A stretch of 64,000 nt of DNA from an uncultured Clostridia bacterium (GCA_947589285.1 CANPZV010000002.1:619-64618), one strand, 5' to 3'. Shown: positions 26,868-36,797, counted from the stretch's first letter. The notes: generated by a model from the sequence alone, not told the origin. Program-made: numbers and translations.

Positions 26868-27335
26868 TCATCGGACGAACCCGTTTGCCCGCAGGTAGTC
26901 CAAAAGCCCGTCGCACGCCTCGAGGATGTCGCGGTATGTGTCGTCGAAGTTCCCCGTGTACCACGGGTCGGCGATCGGACGCGGGCGGGGAGAAAAGTCG
27001 AGGAAAAGGCGGACCTTCGCGGCGTTCTTCTCTCCGACGATCTCCTTCATGTCCTCCACGTTCCAACGGTCCATTCCGATGAGCAGATCGTACCTGTCCC
27101 CGTCCGCGGCAGTCAGGAGCCGCGCCGTGTGCGGAATGAGCGGGATCCCCTTCCTGCGCAGAATGTCCACCGTCCCGCGGTGGGGCGAACAGCCGAGCGC
27201 GTCCGTATGGGCTGCGGCGGAGGCGATCTCCACCTGCCCGCCGTACCCTTCCCTTTGGATGAGGTAGGTGAAAACGCTCTCCGCCATGGGAGAGCGGCAG
27301 ATATTTCCGTGACAAACAAACAGGATTTTGTACAT
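26868..27335 (-). CDS. Low-molecular-weight protein-tyrosine phosphatase
   Basis: CX5R(S) P-loop VCHGNICRSPMAE, 155 aa, and DP motif near the C-terminus. Confidence 0.9.
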   Translation of the reverse strand: MYKILFVCHGNICRSPMAESVFTYLIQREGYGGQVEIASAAAHTDALGCSPHRGTVDILRRKGIPLIPHTARLLTAADGDRYDLLIGMDRWNVEDMKEIVGEKNAAKVRLFLDFSPRPRPIADPWYTGNFDDTYRDILEACDGLLDYLRANGFVR

Positions 27336-27445
27336 GATGTGTCCGATTTTTTCAAATTATTCGTAATTTGGTTTAATTTGCTTTACGTTATTGAAAATTT
27401 TTTCAAATTTTTCTGTGAAAATTGAAAAAATTTACATAAAAAGTA

Positions 27446-27474
27446 TTGCAAATTTTCAAACAAAGTGTTATAAT
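27446..27474 (+). promoter_or_regulatory. Sigma-A-type promoter, -10 box 6 nt from ATG (leaderless geometry)
   Basis: TTGCAA 27446-27451, 17-nt spacer, TGtTATAAT (27466-27474), ACAGGC, ATG 27481. No SD. Confidence 0.55.
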
Positions 27475-27480
27475 ACAGGC

Positions 27481-27684
27481 ATGAAAATTTTCTCAGAGAG
27501 ACTCTTGGAGCTTAGGAAGGAGCGTGGTCTGTCGCAGGCCACCATTGCAAGGGATTTGAGCGTAAGCCTTGGGATCGTGTGCTATTGGGAGCGCAACAAG
27601 AGCGACCCTACCGCATCGAATATCGCCAAGCTCGCCCGCTACTTCAACGTAACGAGCGACTATCTGCTCGGTCTCGCCGAATGA
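27481..27684 (+). CDS. XRE-family helix-turn-helix transcriptional regulator
   Basis: 67 aa, LRKERGLSQATIARDLSVSLGIVCYWERNKSDP. Internal ATG of ORF 27391..27684. Confidence 0.8.
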   Translation: MKIFSERLLELRKERGLSQATIARDLSVSLGIVCYWERNKSDPTASNIAKLARYFNVTSDYLLGLAE

Positions 27685-27750
27685 TTTTTTCATGATTGGA
27701 GATCGTTTCGCCGTCCGTTGACGCCTTTTCACCGAGAAAAAATCCGAACC

Positions 27751-27777
27751 ATCCGCCCGTCGGGGGCGGATTTTTTT
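27751..27777. terminator. Bidirectional intrinsic terminator
   Basis: Stem ATCCGCCC/GGGCGGAT 27751-27771, A-run upstream and T7 run downstream, between convergent genes. Confidence 0.7.
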
Positions 27778-28606
27778 ATGTGCCGATCTCTTCGAGCTGG
27801 GCCATTTGCTCCTCCGTCAGATAGGCCGAGAGTGAACGGAGCCTCCCGAGCTTTTCTGCCGCCCCCGCTTCGTCCCCCTCTTCCTTCAAATAATGATATT
27901 GGAGAAGCAGAAGCGCGTGGAAGGCGGGAAGATCCTCCCTTACGACGGGCGGGGCAAAGAGAAGATCTCTGTCGATGTCGGAATATGTGCCGCGATGTAA
28001 GATCCCCTGCGCGGTGAGAACGCGGAGCATGACGTCCTCCTCGGACGAGTGTTTCAGAATGCCCAAAAGGACCGCGCCGTCCGTCTTTCCCGCGGGGAGT
28101 TCGGCGGGGTAGAGCGCGATCAGCCCCTCAAACAATATATATACGCCCATGAAGGCGCAGAAGAGCAGCTCGACCTGATAGGGCAACAGGAGATACAGGA
28201 GCAGAAACGCCAGCCCCACCGCAAGACACAAAACCGATCCGCCGAGGGTGAATGCGATCGTCTTGGCGCGGACGCTCTTGCCGTTTTTCGGAAACATCTC
28301 GCACGAGCCGTCGGCGTCGGAAAAGACGAACCGTACCTTTCCGCCCGCGATCCTGAAATGAGAGAGCGTGACGGACGCACACTTCATCCCCGCGATCCAG
28401 CCGAAGAGCAAATGTCCGATCTCATGGACAGTTGCGGGAATGCGCAGGATGATCGCCGCAATAAAGCCGTTGAGAACGAGCCATTCCGCCGTTCCGAAGG
28501 GCCTCGGGACCGTGAAGAGTGCCAAAAGGATGACCCCGACGAAGGCTGCGGCGCGGAGGGTGTACTCCGTCACGGTGTATAGAATTCTTTTCGTTTTTCC
28601 GCTCAT
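27776..28606 (-). CDS. Membrane zinc metallopeptidase-like protein (M50-like HExxH)
   Basis: HEIGH within a TM segment (ATVHEIGHLLFGWIAG), several TM helices, soluble helical C-terminal domain. Confidence 0.5.
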   Translation of the reverse strand: MSGKTKRILYTVTEYTLRAAAFVGVILLALFTVPRPFGTAEWLVLNGFIAAIILRIPATVHEIGHLLFGWIAGMKCASVTLSHFRIAGGKVRFVFSDADGSCEMFPKNGKSVRAKTIAFTLGGSVLCLAVGLAFLLLYLLLPYQVELLFCAFMGVYILFEGLIALYPAELPAGKTDGAVLLGILKHSSEEDVMLRVLTAQGILHRGTYSDIDRDLLFAPPVVREDLPAFHALLLLQYHYLKEEGDEAGAAEKLGRLRSLSAYLTEEQMAQLEEIGT

Positions 28607-29469
28607 ACCTGTCCCTTGAGGGCAAGATAGCCCTCCAAATTATCTCTGTCGGAGAATCGGACCTCGGCAAGATCCATCTTCTCCATGATCTTTTCGAGCA
28701 AAACCGCCGCGCCTCCGAGAATGTCCGCCCGCGACGGGTCCATTCCCTTCAGCTTTTTCCTCTCCTCCAAGGGAAGGGAAAACAGCCTTTGCGCGGTCTT
28801 TCCGACCTGATCCCTCCTGAGGATGGTATCCTGAAGGCGTTCGGGGTCGTAGTGCGTGAGTTGCAGTTTCAGGCCCGCAAGCGTGGCCGCAGTGCCGCCG
28901 ACGGCATAGACGGGGCTTCCCTCCGCGCGCGGAAGGCAGGCGATCTCGCCTTCGACGCGTGTAAGGATTTTCTCCATATCCTCGCCGCAGGCGTCGAAGA
29001 GACGGACGGCTCCGACGTCGAGACTGCGGGAAAAGATTGCTTTCCCGCCCTTGACAAGGCAAATTTCCGTACTCGCGCCGCCGATATCGACGATCCCGCC
29101 GTCCCTGTTTCCAAGTGCGCCGAGAACGGCAAGGCGGGCTTCGTCCTGCCCCGAAACAACGTCAACGACAATGCCGCAGAGAGCTTTGACTTTTTCGCAG
29201 AAAGCCGCCCCATTGGAGGCCGTACGGACGGCGGCCGTCGCAAAGGCCATGACTGCGGCCCCCGCGGCCCTCCCCTCCTCTGCAAAATCACGGACAGCGA
29301 TCGCTGTCCGCTCTATCGCGTCGGGCAAGAGAACGCCCCCGCCTTCAAGCCCTCTGCCGAGGCGGGTGGTCTGAATTTTCTTATATAAAGTTTTTCCGCC
29401 CGCCCAAAGCATGAGGCGAACGGAATTTGAACCGATATCAATGACCGCACAGTTCACTTTTTCTTCCAT
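28603..29469 (-). CDS. Ppx/GppA-family phosphatase
   Basis: AVIDIGSNSVRLMLW and DIGGASTE ASKHA-fold motifs. Start taken at internal ATG 29469. Confidence 0.8.
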   Translation of the reverse strand: MEEKVNCAVIDIGSNSVRLMLWAGGKTLYKKIQTTRLGRGLEGGGVLLPDAIERTAIAVRDFAEEGRAAGAAVMAFATAAVRTASNGAAFCEKVKALCGIVVDVVSGQDEARLAVLGALGNRDGGIVDIGGASTEICLVKGGKAIFSRSLDVGAVRLFDACGEDMEKILTRVEGEIACLPRAEGSPVYAVGGTAATLAGLKLQLTHYDPERLQDTILRRDQVGKTAQRLFSLPLEERKKLKGMDPSRADILGGAAVLLEKIMEKMDLAEVRFSDRDNLEGYLALKGQV

Positions 29470-29729
29470 CCTTGCATGACGGCACGCCAATAGAGCGCGT
29501 CACCCGTGAGATATTCGTCGAGGATCCCCTCCTGATTTTCGATCTTTTGGTTGTATTCCTCGATGCTCCTGTCAAGGGCCTTGCGTTCGGACCCGAGAAC
29601 TCCCATCTGCGCAAACTGGATGATGAGGACGACCAACAGAAAAACGCTCGCAAGGACGCCCGCGACCGTTGCGCCTACGGCGATCCTCCGATTTTTAGCT
29701 TGTTTTTCCTCTCTGACTTCTTCTTCCAT
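29454..29729 (-). CDS. Septum formation initiator (DivIC/FtsB-like)
   Basis: 91 aa, single TM followed by coiled coil. Lies downstream of yabP-yabQ as in Bacillus. Confidence 0.55.
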   Translation of the reverse strand: MEEEVREEKQAKNRRIAVGATVAGVLASVFLLVVLIIQFAQMGVLGSERKALDRSIEEYNQKIENQEGILDEYLTGDALYWRAVMQGWKKK

Positions 29730-30054
29730 GCCTTGGTTTCCTCTTGTGTACCTTGCTTAGGATCTTATTATACAACTTTTCAGAGAAAAAAGCAATGATT
29801 TTATGGAAACTTTTCAAATAGAGGAAAAGCCCGAGGAGAAGCCCGAGCAAATGAAAGAATCTGAGGGGCGGAAGAGCGAGATTTACGGCGGAAAACAGAT
29901 AAAACGCCCCAAAACAGAGGCAAAAGAGAAAATCACAGACAAAACGCAGCCACTTTGTGCGGCAGAGGTCGCGGGGCAGAAAAAAGGCGTCGTAGATCAC
30001 CCCGCCGAAAACGCCGATAAAGACGCAGACGAGAAAGATGCGGAAACCGCTCAT
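29695..30054 (-). CDS. yabQ: Spore cortex biosynthesis protein YabQ
   Basis: 119 aa, 3-4 TM segments (IFLVCVFIGVFGGVIYD...). Follows yabP. Confidence 0.7.
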   Translation of the reverse strand: MSGFRIFLVCVFIGVFGGVIYDAFFLPRDLCRTKWLRFVCDFLFCLCFGAFYLFSAVNLALPPLRFFHLLGLLLGLFLYLKSFHKIIAFFSEKLYNKILSKVHKRKPRHGRRSQRGKTS

Positions 30055-30308
30055 TTCAGGAGGCGGGACAGAAATTTCCCCTGCTGGCCGAACTTTACGA
30101 GGGTGACTTCCCCGCTCGCGGCAAAGTTCCCGCTCCCCTCCGAGAACGCCAAGACCTTGAGCTTGCTCCCCTCGATCTTCACCCGCCTTCCGTTGACGGT
30201 GAGAAGGATCGTCGTCTCGGAAAAGGCGTCCACGCTCGTAACGCCGCTCATCGTGATCTTTTTTTGCTGTTCGATAGTGAGAACGCTTTCTTTGATCTCT
30301 TCACGCAT
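30051..30308 (-). CDS. yabP: Sporulation protein YabP
   Basis: 85 aa, ITMSGVTSVDAFSETTILLTVNGRRVKIEGSKLKV pattern. Confidence 0.8.
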   Translation of the reverse strand: MREEIKESVLTIEQQKKITMSGVTSVDAFSETTILLTVNGRRVKIEGSKLKVLAFSEGSGNFAASGEVTLVKFGQQGKFLSRLLK

Positions 30309-30342
30309 GGTAAAATATATGAAGAGACATCAAAATTCATGC

Positions 30343-30373
30343 CAAAAAGCGGCAGGACGCCCCCGCCGCTTTT
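30343..30373 (-). terminator. Intrinsic terminator of typA
   Basis: 9-bp stem AGCGGCGGG/CCUGCCGCU, 5-nt loop, UUUUUGG tail on the minus-strand RNA. Lies just after motif copy 4. Confidence 0.7.
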
Positions 30374-30386
30374 CGATAAAGGTTAT

Positions 30387-30414
30387 ATTATGTCTGACAT
30401 AGTACTATGTTAAT
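30387..30414 (+). repeat. Dispersed dual-palindrome motif, copy 4 of 8
   Basis: attatgtctgacatagtactatgttaat, perfect core. The core ends at 30409, directly abutting the typA stop codon 30410-30412. Confidence 0.9.
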
Positions 30415-32239
30415 CGCTCAATTTCGCCTTTGCGCGTGCCTTTGCGCGGAGTTCACTGTCCAAAATGCGCTTACGAATGCGAACACTCAGCGGCGTGATC
30501 TCCAAGAGTTCATCGTCGGCGATGAACTCAAGGGCCTCCTCGAGGGAAAGCTTTTTGGGCGTGATGAGGCGGAGCGCGTCGTCGGAATTGGACGAACGGG
30601 TATTTGTGAGGTGCTTCTGTTTGCAGACGTTGACGTTGATATCCTCATCCTTGGGGGAATACCCTACGACCATTCCCTCGTAGACGTGCGTCCCCGGGCC
30701 GATAAACAGCGGTCCCCTGCCCTGCGCGTTGAAGAGGCCGTAGGTGACGGCCTCCCCCGTCTCAAAGGCGACAAGGGAACCCGAACTCCTGCGCTCGATC
30801 TCCCCCTTGAAGGGTTGGTACTCAAAGAACACCGAACTCATGACGCCTTCGCCCTTGGTGTCCGTCAAAAATTCGCTCTTGTAACCGAACAGACCCCTCG
30901 CGGGCACCAAAAATTCAAGGCGCATGCGCGACCCCATCGCGCTCATATGGACGAGTTCGCCCTTGCGCGTGCCCATGCTCTGGAACACGGGTCCCGTCAT
31001 GTCCTCGGGCACGTCCACGATCAGCCGTTCCACAGGCTCGTACTTTTCGCCGTCGATCATCTTGTACAGCACTTTGGGGGCACTGACCTGAAATTCATAC
31101 CCCTCGCGGCGCATCGTCTCGATGAGAATGGAGAGGTGCATCTCCCCCCTGCCGCTCACGCGGAAGGCGTCGGTCGAGTCGGTATCCTCGACGCGCAGGG
31201 AGACGTCGCGCAGAAGTTCACGGTACAACCTTTCGCGGAGATGCCTCGTCGTCACGAACTTCCCTTCCTTGCCCGCAAAGGGCGAATCGTTGACCGAAAA
31301 GATCATTTCGACGGTCGGATCGGAGATCTTTACGAAGGAAACGGCCTCCACATGGTCGGGTGCGCAGACGGTGTCGCCGATGTTGATCTTCTCAAGTCCG
31401 GAGAAGCAGACGATGTCCCCTGCCCTCGCACTCTCGCACGGGACGCGCTCCAAGCCCTCGATCTCATAGAGATTGACGAGCTTGCCCTTGAGATTGACTT
31501 CCCTATGGTTGTAGTTGCAGACGGCGACGTCGGCGTTCTGCCGCGCGACGCCCCTCTCGATCCTGCCGATGCCGATCCTCCCAACATAGTCGTTGTAGTC
31601 GATAGAGGAGACGAGCAGTTGCAGCGGCCCTTCGTCGTCCATAACAAGGGGCGGGAAGTGCGAAAGGATCATGTCAAAGAGCGGCGTCAAGTCCTTCCCC
31701 GCCGTGTGCGGGTCCAAAGAGGACGTCCCCGCCCGCCCAGAACAGTACACAAACGGGCTGTCGAGCTGTTCATCGTTGGCGTTGAGGTCCATGAGAAGTT
31801 CCAGAACTTCGTCCTCCACCTCGCCAAGCCTCGCGTCGGGACGGTCCACTTTATTGATGACGATGATGAGTTTCAGCCCGAGTTCGAGGGCCTTTTGGGT
31901 GACAAAGCGGGTCTGCGGCATGGGGCCTTCGGCCGCGTCCACGAGAATGAGGACGCCTGAGACCATTTTCAGGGAGCGTTCCACCTCGCCCGAAAAATCC
32001 GCGTGCCCGGGGGTATCGACGATGTTGATCTTCACGCCCTTATAGTGAATGGACGTATTCTTCGCCAAAATGGTGATGCCGCGCTCGCGCTCGAGGTCGC
32101 CCGAGTCCATGACGCGCTCCTCGACGACCTGATTTTCGCGGAAGGTCCCCGCCTGCTTGAGCATCTGATCGACAAGTGTCGTCTTGCCGTGATCGACGTG
32201 CGCGATGATCGCAATATTCCGTAAGTCGTTTCTTTCCAT
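30410..32239 (-). CDS. typA: Translational GTPase TypA/BipA
   Basis: MERNDLRNIAIIAHVDHGKTTL, DTPGHADF, NKVD G-motifs. ATG 32239 with AAGAGG SD. Confidence 0.95.
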   Translation of the reverse strand: MERNDLRNIAIIAHVDHGKTTLVDQMLKQAGTFRENQVVEERVMDSGDLERERGITILAKNTSIHYKGVKINIVDTPGHADFSGEVERSLKMVSGVLILVDAAEGPMPQTRFVTQKALELGLKLIIVINKVDRPDARLGEVEDEVLELLMDLNANDEQLDSPFVYCSGRAGTSSLDPHTAGKDLTPLFDMILSHFPPLVMDDEGPLQLLVSSIDYNDYVGRIGIGRIERGVARQNADVAVCNYNHREVNLKGKLVNLYEIEGLERVPCESARAGDIVCFSGLEKINIGDTVCAPDHVEAVSFVKISDPTVEMIFSVNDSPFAGKEGKFVTTRHLRERLYRELLRDVSLRVEDTDSTDAFRVSGRGEMHLSILIETMRREGYEFQVSAPKVLYKMIDGEKYEPVERLIVDVPEDMTGPVFQSMGTRKGELVHMSAMGSRMRLEFLVPARGLFGYKSEFLTDTKGEGVMSSVFFEYQPFKGEIERRSSGSLVAFETGEAVTYGLFNAQGRGPLFIGPGTHVYEGMVVGYSPKDEDINVNVCKQKHLTNTRSSNSDDALRLITPKKLSLEEALEFIADDELLEITPLSVRIRKRILDSELRAKARAKAKLSD

Positions 32240-32332
32240 AAATGCCTCTTGAATTCCATCCGAAATTATAATACATCTGCCCGAAAAACACAACAAAAAA
32301 AAGAGGGTATTCGGAAATTTTCCCCGCATGAC

Positions 32333-32361
32333 TTGTTTTCAGCGCGGCTTTATGCTATAAT
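32333..32361 (+). promoter_or_regulatory. Sigma-A-type promoter, -10 box 6 nt from ATG (leaderless geometry)
   Basis: TTGTTT 32333-32338, 17-nt spacer, TGcTATAAT (32353-32361), TCCCTC, ATG 32368. No SD. Confidence 0.5.
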
Positions 32362-32367
32362 TCCCTC

Positions 32368-32709
32368 ATGATACACACGATGGCTCTCGCCCCCGCGCCT
32401 TTTGCAATGATCGCAAGCGGGAAAAAGACGATCGAACTTCGCCTCTATGACGAAAAAAGACAAAAAATAAAGGTCGGCGATGAGATCTTATTTGTAAACA
32501 CAGGCAATGAGAAAGAAGTAAGGGCAAAAGTCCTTGGTCTGAACATCTTTCCGTCATTTGCTGAACTCTACGCTGCCCTGCCTCTTCTTCGGTGCGGATA
32601 TACCGAGGAAACGCTTGCAACGGCGTCCCCCAAGGACATGGAGAAGTTCTATTCACCTGAACGCCAAAGACAATATAGCGCAGTCGGTATTGAAATCGAA
32701 CTTTGTTAA
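32368..32709 (+). CDS. ASCH domain protein
   Basis: 113 aa, PFAMIASGKKTIELRLYDEKRQKIKVGDEILF beta-barrel ASCH pattern. Confidence 0.75.
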   Translation: MIHTMALAPAPFAMIASGKKTIELRLYDEKRQKIKVGDEILFVNTGNEKEVRAKVLGLNIFPSFAELYAALPLLRCGYTEETLATASPKDMEKFYSPERQRQYSAVGIEIELC

Positions 32710-32745
32710 AAGAAAACAGGTCCGTTTTTTTGGACGTGCTTCTCT

Positions 32746-33237
32746 TCAATATGACTTTACATGTCGATTTTTATAGGTGCAATAGCGGGTGAGGTAACCG
32801 TTGTCGTCAACGGGTTCACTTTCGGAAACGCACTCAAAATTCGGGTCTGCGTCGAGGTCGGGGACAAAGACCTCCGCCCCGCCGTCTGCGTCCACCTTCG
32901 TCACCAAAACTTCACTGCAATATGGGATCAAAGACCTGTAAACGCTCGCCCCTCCGATGACAAATACGTCGTCGGGCGGGTATTTTTTTACTTCCCCGAA
33001 GAGTTCGTCGAGGTCATGGGCGGTGATGACGCCTTCTATCTCGCTCGGGGAGAGGACGATGTTGACGCGGTTTTTGAGGGGGCCGTTCGGCAGGGACAGG
33101 AGAGTGTTCCGCCCCATGACGACGACTTTCCCCGACGTTTTATCACGGAAAAACTTCATGTCCTTGGGAAGGGAGAACATCAGATCGTTGTTCCTCCCGA
33201 TGCCCCAATGCCTGTCGCAGTGAAAAATCGCTTTCAT
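32746..33237 (-). CDS. folA: Dihydrofolate reductase
   Basis: GIGRNNDLMFSLPKDMKFFRDKT...VVMGRNT motifs. Downstream of thyA. Confidence 0.9.
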   Translation of the reverse strand: MKAIFHCDRHWGIGRNNDLMFSLPKDMKFFRDKTSGKVVVMGRNTLLSLPNGPLKNRVNIVLSPSEIEGVITAHDLDELFGEVKKYPPDDVFVIGGASVYRSLIPYCSEVLVTKVDADGGAEVFVPDLDADPNFECVSESEPVDDNGYLTRYCTYKNRHVKSY

Positions 33238-33255
33238 CTTGGAGTTTTCTCCTCA

Positions 33256-33283
33256 TTTATGTCTGACATAGTACTATGCAAAT
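33256..33283 (+). repeat. Dispersed dual-palindrome motif, copy 5 of 8
   Basis: tttatgtctgacatagtactatgcaaat, perfect core. Lies in the 49-nt thyA-folA spacer, 8 nt after the thyA stop and 21 nt before the folA ATG. Confidence 0.9.
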
Positions 33284-33286
33284 TTG

Positions 33287-34117
33287 TCAAATCGCGACGG
33301 GGATCTTCGTGTCGAGGAGGTGAAACGCATAATTTTCGAGACGGAAGGAATCGACGGTGAAATCGTAGAAATTTTTGACGGCGGGATCGACGATGAGTTT
33401 CGGCGCAGGGAGAGGTTCCCGCGCGATGATCTCCTTCACCGTATCGACATGGCGATCGTAGATGTGCGCGTCGGCAATGACATGGACGAGTTCCCCCGCC
33501 TTGAGGCCGCTCACCTGCGCAAACATGATGAGCAGGACGGCGTACTGCACGACATTCCAATTGTTTGCCGTCAAAAAATCGTTGGACCGTTGGTTGAGTA
33601 TGCCGTTCAGGGTGTCGCCCGAGACGTTGAAGGTCATGGAGTAGGCGCAGGGGTAGAGGTTCATCTCGTGCAAGTCGCTGAAATTGTAGAGATTGGTCAA
33701 GATCCTGCGCGAGGCGGGGTTGTGTTTGAGGTCGTAGAGAACGCGGTCCACCTGATCGAACTCCCCTTCCGCATATTTTGCCTTCTGCGCCAGCTGATAG
33801 CCGTACGCCTTGCCGATGCTCCCCCTCTCGTCCGCCCAGCTGTCCCAGATGTGGGAGTGCAGGTCGTGAATGTTGTTGCTCTTCTTCTGCCAGATCCATA
33901 AGATCTCGTCGATGCAACTCTTAAAGGCGGTGCGGCGGAGGGTGAGAATGGGGAATTCCTCCTGCAAATTGTAGCGATTGACGATGCCGAACTTCTTGAC
34001 GGTATGCGCGGGCGTGCCGTCCTCCCAGTGGGGACGGACGGTGAGATGAGTGTCCCAAACGCCGTTTTCAAGAATATCTTTGCAATTTTCAATGAAAATC
34101 AAATCGGCTTTGCTCAT
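33287..34117 (-). CDS. thyA: Thymidylate synthase (ThyA type)
   Basis: 276 aa, IWDSWADERG, GKAYGYQ, PCAYSMTFNV (catalytic Cys), RSNDFL motifs. Confidence 0.9.
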   Translation of the reverse strand: MSKADLIFIENCKDILENGVWDTHLTVRPHWEDGTPAHTVKKFGIVNRYNLQEEFPILTLRRTAFKSCIDEILWIWQKKSNNIHDLHSHIWDSWADERGSIGKAYGYQLAQKAKYAEGEFDQVDRVLYDLKHNPASRRILTNLYNFSDLHEMNLYPCAYSMTFNVSGDTLNGILNQRSNDFLTANNWNVVQYAVLLIMFAQVSGLKAGELVHVIADAHIYDRHVDTVKEIIAREPLPAPKLIVDPAVKNFYDFTVDSFRLENYAFHLLDTKIPVAI

Positions 34118-34176
34118 TTGTAGCTCCTTCGGTATTGCGGCCTTGGCGGGCCGCGTCGAACTTTTTCGGCCTCAGG

Positions 34177-35811
34177 TCAGTTTATCGCCTTCGCGATCCT
34201 CTCTTTCGTCTCATCTGCGCCCAAAATCTGATGGATCGTCCAAAGGTCGGGCGTGTTGGCCTTCCCCGTCGTCGCGATGCGGAGGACTTCGGCGACGTCG
34301 GCAACGCTGCCTCTGAACGCCTCGGGGTCTGCCTTATAGTCCCTCATCTCTGCGGCAAAACCGTTTTCGGCGGCGATCGCCTTGATCTTCGCAAACCAAG
34401 CCTGCGCGTCGTCGGCGGGGTCGTAAGTTGCGAGGAACCCGCGCAAAATCGCCCCTTTCGTCGCCCCATCCACGCGGTACGTCTCAAAATCGACAGGCCT
34501 CTCAAAGAAATATTTGATGAAATCCATCGCCTGTGAAGCGGTGGTGAAGTCCTTCCTGCGCTTCTTCCCGCCGATGCCCATACACAGCGAGAGGACTTTG
34601 AGCATCTTCTCCCTGTCGTCAAAGGCGTGTTTCTGCGCCTCGGTCCCGAATTCGTCCGCCCAAGTTTTCAGGAAATCAAACATCTCTTCGGCGGAGAGCT
34701 TGGCAAGTTCGTTCTTGGAGATGTCGTTGAGTTTATCGATGTCGAACAGCGTGCCGCTCTTGGACATCTTCTCGGCCGCAAATTTGAATTCCTCGAGGGG
34801 TCTGTCGGGGTTCTTGAGATACCACTCCTCGAAGTTGGAATTGAGCAGGGTGAGCATGTAGACCTTGACCGCGCGCGGGAAATACCCCTCTTTGCGGTAA
34901 AATTCAAGGGCGAGTTCGGGGTCCTTGCGCTTACTTAGCTTGCGGCGCGTGTCGCCGTCCTGCTTCATCAGGGAGCAATGATGCGCATAGTGCGGAAGCG
35001 GGAAGCCGAGGACGTTGAAGAGTTCGATGTGAATTGGCAGGGACGCAAGCCACTCCTCGCCGCGGACGACGAGCGTCGTGCGCATGAAGTGGTCGTCGAT
35101 GGCGTGGGCGAAGTGGTAGGTTGGAATACCGTCAGATTTCAGTATAACGACGTCCTGATCGTTCTCGGTGACGGTGATGTCCCCCTTGATGGCGTCGTGG
35201 AATTTGATTTTATTTTCGGGATCCCCCATCGACCGCAGGCGGATGACAAAGGGTTTGCCCGCGTCGAGATTTTTGTAGATCTCCTCTTCGGTGAGGTTGC
35301 GGCACTTGGCGTATTTTCCGTAATAGCCCGTGATCTCCTTCTTCGCCGTCTGCTCTTCGCGGAGGGCGTTCAGCTCCTCCTCCGTGCAGAAACAGGGATA
35401 CGCCCTGCCGATCTCGATGAGATGTTTGACGAAGGCGCGGTAGATGTCCGCTCTCTGCCGCTGGTACCACGGCGCGTAGGTGTCGTCACCGCCGATCTCC
35501 GCTCCCTCATCGAATTTGATGTCGAAATATTTGAGCGCGCTGATAACTGCCTCCACTGCGCCGTCCACCTTGCGCTTTAAGTCGGTGTCCTCGATGCGCA
35601 GGTAGAGAACACCGCCGTTCTGATGGGCGAGACGTTCGTCGGCGGTCGCGCTGAAGAGGTTCCCGAGGTGGATGAAGCCCGTCGGCGAGGGCGCGAGACG
35701 GGTCACCTGCGCCCCCTTGGGAAGGTCGCGCGGCGGGTACAATTTTTCGTAATATTCAAGATCGGGGTACTCCCCGGGGAGAAGTCTCTCCGCAAGTGCT
35801 TTATAGTCCAT
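34177..35811 (-). CDS. gltX: Glutamate--tRNA ligase
   Basis: HIGH-type PTGFIHLGN and KMSKS motifs. ATG 35811 preceded by AAGGAG. The tracked ORF start 35835 is TTG. Confidence 0.9.
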   Translation of the reverse strand: MDYKALAERLLPGEYPDLEYYEKLYPPRDLPKGAQVTRLAPSPTGFIHLGNLFSATADERLAHQNGGVLYLRIEDTDLKRKVDGAVEAVISALKYFDIKFDEGAEIGGDDTYAPWYQRQRADIYRAFVKHLIEIGRAYPCFCTEEELNALREEQTAKKEITGYYGKYAKCRNLTEEEIYKNLDAGKPFVIRLRSMGDPENKIKFHDAIKGDITVTENDQDVVILKSDGIPTYHFAHAIDDHFMRTTLVVRGEEWLASLPIHIELFNVLGFPLPHYAHHCSLMKQDGDTRRKLSKRKDPELALEFYRKEGYFPRAVKVYMLTLLNSNFEEWYLKNPDRPLEEFKFAAEKMSKSGTLFDIDKLNDISKNELAKLSAEEMFDFLKTWADEFGTEAQKHAFDDREKMLKVLSLCMGIGGKKRRKDFTTASQAMDFIKYFFERPVDFETYRVDGATKGAILRGFLATYDPADDAQAWFAKIKAIAAENGFAAEMRDYKADPEAFRGSVADVAEVLRIATTGKANTPDLWTIHQILGADETKERIAKAIN

Positions 35812-35831
35812 AGTTCTCCTTAAAATAAAAT

Positions 35832-36797
35832 TCAAAGCAATTTCAGGCTCTCGGGAGACAGCTCCGCGAGGCCGTTTTCTATGTCATGGACGAGGGCGAC
35901 CGCCGCGGAGAGCTTCGGGGTCTCCACATGAAGCCGCTCCCCTGCCTTCACGACTGCGCCCGCGACAAAATCGACGTCGCACCGTCTGCCCGCCTCGAGG
36001 TCTTTGAGCATTCCCGAGCGGATCGCCCTGTGTTTTTTCATCGCGATCGGCAAAATAAGGCCAGCAAAGGGACTTTTGAAGAGCTTTCCGATGTCGTGCC
36101 CGTTCTGGACCAACTTCTTACAGCCCTCCGCTTGAGCGACGGCGACCGTCTCCCGCATGAGGGCGAGGACGAGTTTTCTGTGCCTTTTCGCAAGTTCGCC
36201 GAACGTCAGGCCCGAGATCGCCGAGAGCGTCGAAAAGGCGGCGTTGACGACGAGCTTGGAGTAGCGGATCTCCCTGAGGTCCCCGACCGAAACTTCAAGC
36301 CCCCTGCCGAGAAGATCGGCAAGCTCCTGAAGCCTTTTCCCCTCGCCGAATGCGCCGAGCGCGAGGCGGTATTCCTCCGATGTGACCGAAACTTTCCCCG
36401 CGCCGACAAGCTCCGCGCCCCAGCCGAGGGCGGCTCCGTACACCCTGTCTGCACCAAAAATCTCGCCGAGTCCCTCCTCGGGAAGGCCGTTCTGCACGGT
36501 GACAAACGCCCCATCCTCCGCCAAAAAAGGCAGTAAGAAACGGGCGACGGCTTCATTGTCCCTCTGCCGCGTGCAGAGAAAGATGACGTCGTACTTTCCC
36601 GTCATCTCCTGCGGCAAGAGGGCGGAAACGGGCGTGACGGTCTCCTTTCCGCTCTCGGTCAGGGCCGCACCGCGGGTTTTCAGCATTCCGACGTGTTCGG
36701 CGTTGCGGGTCACGAGGTCACAGGGGACCCCGCCGCGCGTCAAGAGAACGCCGAAGCTTGTCCCCATCGCCCCCGCGCCGTAGATGAGGATCCTCAC
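35832..36797 (-). CDS. panE: 2-dehydropantoate 2-reductase
   Basis: MRILIYGAGAMGTSFG Rossmann N-terminus, ApbA/PanE C-terminal domain, 321 aa. Confidence 0.8.
   Translation of the reverse strand: MRILIYGAGAMGTSFGVLLTRGGVPCDLVTRNAEHVGMLKTRGAALTESGKETVTPVSALLPQEMTGKYDVIFLCTRQRDNEAVARFLLPFLAEDGAFVTVQNGLPEEGLGEIFGADRVYGAALGWGAELVGAGKVSVTSEEYRLALGAFGEGKRLQELADLLGRGLEVSVGDLREIRYSKLVVNAAFSTLSAISGLTFGELAKRHRKLVLALMRETVAVAQAEGCKKLVQNGHDIGKLFKSPFAGLILPIAMKKHRAIRSGMLKDLEAGRRCDVDFVAGAVVKAGERLHVETPKLSAAVALVHDIENGLAELSPESLKLL

Noticed and set aside
27481-28606. XRE regulator plus HExxH protein as an ImmA/IrrE-type or other defence or TA pair.
   Set aside because: The two genes are convergent and separated by a bidirectional terminator. 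The HExxH protein is polytopic and M50-like, and it belongs to the yabP-yabQ-divIC-ppx transcription unit.
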